A stretch of 50,137 bases of DNA from Deltaproteobacteria bacterium (GTDB lineage: Bacteria; Myxococcota_A; UBA9042; DTJE01; S145-11), in the NCBI GenBank assembly GCA_015493765.1, contig WGCQ01000272.1:1-50137 (forward strand), in the 5' to 3' direction. The notes below the pieces were generated by a model. That model ran no database searches. It was not told where the DNA came from and worked only from the letters and a program-made list of their open reading frames with translations. Within the stretch, counting starts at the first letter, position 1. Each line of letters begins with the position of its first letter. The position numbers were made by a program, and so were the translations under genes. Shown one piece after another: positions 47,973 to 50,137 of this stretch.

Positions 47973-49754
47973 TCAATCGCCGGATTTGGGACCGCCCCAC
48001 CGGCTTTCATCCCGGATTATGTCGCAGTCCACGGGGCTAACCCCGGCCGGGTTCCTGAACGGGGAATTACAGTATTCCAGGAGTAGCGCAATATTTTCAA
48101 TATCCACGGTATTTGGCGTATGCTTGGGCCTGAAACCCGTTCTGAAGTCGTAGGTCCCGTCAGGTACGGATTTTGCCCACAGGTCCCACCTGGGCCAGTT
48201 TTCATAGGCATCCACGGAATTCGAATAGTATTTCTGGACCAGCCTGGCCTCCTCGGAGGTCAAAGGCAGGCCCACAGAGGCGGCCTGCACCAGCAATACC
48301 GCCAGGTCAGACTCCCAGTAATCATTTTTCGGACCCGGTTCCTGTTTGGATGGGTGCATGTAATTGTTGATCCGCTCCACCAGGCCCAGCAACAGTTTCC
48401 TTGCGGTCTTGTAGTTCCCGGTTACGAGTGCCAGGTCAATGGCTGCCATGTGGAAATTATTGATGATCGCATAGTTGAAATAGTGCGTGGTCACCGCGAA
48501 CTTTTCATATATGGAACCGTATCCTGAACCGCAGTCCGTTTTGTCCTTCTGGACCCCGTAGGCCAGGAAATCACTGGCCAGGCGCGCCGTGCATTCCGAC
48601 TTCGGGTCCACGCTGATATAGTTTACGAAACTGGCCAGGTCCTGGTCCGGAATGAAGGGCTTGCCCTGGCCATCCTTGGTGCGGATATGGTAATCGTGGT
48701 CCACAATGTCCTTTGCAAAGCCTTTCAGGTATTTCAGGGTTTCCTGGCACGCTGATTGCACATCCGGGTCCTTCGCCTGTTTTATAATGTACCACAGGAA
48801 TGCGGCGGTCCTGAAGATATGGCACACATCGTCCTTTGAGCGCATGTTTGTCACATAGATGTCACCCCAGTACGGGTTATGCGGATAGTGCAAGCGCTGG
48901 GCGTTCCAGGTTTTGTACGTATTGTACCACGGGGTATAATCCACCGCCTTCTTGCGGCCACCCTCGAGGGTTACGCTGTAGTTCCGGTTGACGATGTTGC
49001 GGGCCATCAGGTAAATATTGGGGTCATTTTTGTCCCATACCATGCCCTTCATGGTTGCAGTAAGGCCCTTACAGTATTCCTCGGCCACCTTGGCCGCATA
49101 CTTGTCACCGGTCAGCATATAACCGCCAATGGCCTGACTCAGGACCTTTGCCGTGGGGATACCGATGTTGTGCGCTCCACCCGAGTTGCTGTGCCTGAAA
49201 GTGACCAGGTCACCGGTCTTTACTGCATTCACATCCTGCCACCAGATCAGGTAGTCCGGTTTGCCCGTGCTTGCGTCCATGCCGTGGCTGGTCCAGATTA
49301 CCCACCTGAAAAAATTGATCCGTTTCCACAATCCGCTGATTTTATAGCTGAAATTCTCAATTTCACTTTGTGTCAAGGGTTTGCCCTTGTCCGGCCTGGT
49401 CAAGGTAAATGGCAGGTGGTCCGGTGGAGGCGTTATGTCCTCTATCCGGACGACATCACTCACCGTGTCATCCCCCTGCACGTCCAACGCATCCGTCACG
49501 GCCACATCATCGGTCACCGTGTCACCCGCCTGCACGTCCGCATCAACCTTGGCTTCGTCATGCAATACCACGTCCCTCGTGTCCTGGTTTACATCCTTGC
49601 CTGCTGGTTGCAGGTCCAGTGCATCCGTCACTGCCACATCATTGGATGCAACCTCGTTTGCATCACCAACAGATACGTCCCGTGTCGATTTTGCGGTGTT
49701 TTTTGTACAACTGCCCAAGGCCAACAACACCACGAAAAACAGTAGTCTTTTCAT
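47973..49754 (-). CDS. Hypothetical lipoprotein with Asp/Val/Thr-rich linker
   Basis: LGSC lipobox, DVAVTDALD repeated twice, ~480-aa aromatic-rich globular domain; AAGGA RBS. Confidence 0.75.
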   Translation of the reverse strand: MKRLLFFVVLLALGSCTKNTAKSTRDVSVGDANEVASNDVAVTDALDLQPAGKDVNQDTRDVVLHDEAKVDADVQAGDTVTDDVAVTDALDVQGDDTVSDVVRIEDITPPPDHLPFTLTRPDKGKPLTQSEIENFSYKISGLWKRINFFRWVIWTSHGMDASTGKPDYLIWWQDVNAVKTGDLVTFRHSNSGGAHNIGIPTAKVLSQAIGGYMLTGDKYAAKVAEEYCKGLTATMKGMVWDKNDPNIYLMARNIVNRNYSVTLEGGRKKAVDYTPWYNTYKTWNAQRLHYPHNPYWGDIYVTNMRSKDDVCHIFRTAAFLWYIIKQAKDPDVQSACQETLKYLKGFAKDIVDHDYHIRTKDGQGKPFIPDQDLASFVNYISVDPKSECTARLASDFLAYGVQKDKTDCGSGYGSIYEKFAVTTHYFNYAIINNFHMAAIDLALVTGNYKTARKLLLGLVERINNYMHPSKQEPGPKNDYWESDLAVLLVQAASVGLPLTSEEARLVQKYYSNSVDAYENWPRWDLWAKSVPDGTYDFRTGFRPKHTPNTVDIENIALLLEYCNSPFRNPAGVSPVDCDIIRDESRWGGPKSGD

Positions 49755-50137
49755 GTTCAGTCCTTACTGGAAGCCGTGTTAAGAATACGGGATTACTGCC
49801 GCAGGTGTCAAGGCCGCATCCATCACGAGGGATCTTCGATACACGTTATTTTTAGAACACGTTGTTTATCAAACCGTTACAAAATCAAGGGTCAAAATCG
49901 TCCATTCTGCCAAAACTCATGTACAGGGGATCAGGTCAAACATTTGGCGATCATAGCGACGCATTTACATGCATTTATAGCGTTTTTTGAATTGCAAGAT
50001 TTTTTGTTGATATGCGATGCATATCGGTTACTGGGTCCGACTGTGTCCCTGCCTCCCTGATTCCTCGCCGGCTTCGAGGCCGTTTTTCTGCGCTCTGCTG
50101 CGTGACTCGCTCGGCCCTTCCGGGCCTCACTCAAACA

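Overview
A chromosomal window from a moderately GC-rich bacterium with Myxococcota/deltaproteobacterial traits: an AgmX/GltJ-like protein, bactofilin, Asp-rich-linker lipoproteins, an IgGFc-binding protein and sigma-54 promoters. Recognisable genes are der, tRNA-Leu(TAA), tRNA-Phe(GAA), a type IIG-like restriction-modification fusion, a recCBD operon, hsp20, deoC, a DUF62 SAM hydrolase, thiD, a porin, an APC permease, GH92, an EndoQ-UvrD fusion, a small sigma factor, a four-gene 2-oxoacid oxidoreductase with a flavoprotein-ferredoxin fusion, pssA, a HIRAN protein and an ankyrin protein. The best candidate for a novel system is a two-gene operon at 27942-29389: a winged-helix protein translationally coupled to a divergent, non-FtsZ tubulin-superfamily GTPase (TubR/TubZ-like). 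It has a consensus promoter and a perfect 11-bp inverted repeat, and no plasmid or phage context. Other notable signals are an orphan sigma-54 promoter with enhancer sites that appears to drive a structured ncRNA, a DeoC with a putative microcompartment encapsulation peptide, and a dense set of nested MITE/REP repeats in which MITEs appear to insert into REP hairpin loops and bracket accessory genes. All calls come from motif reading by eye; no database searches were run.
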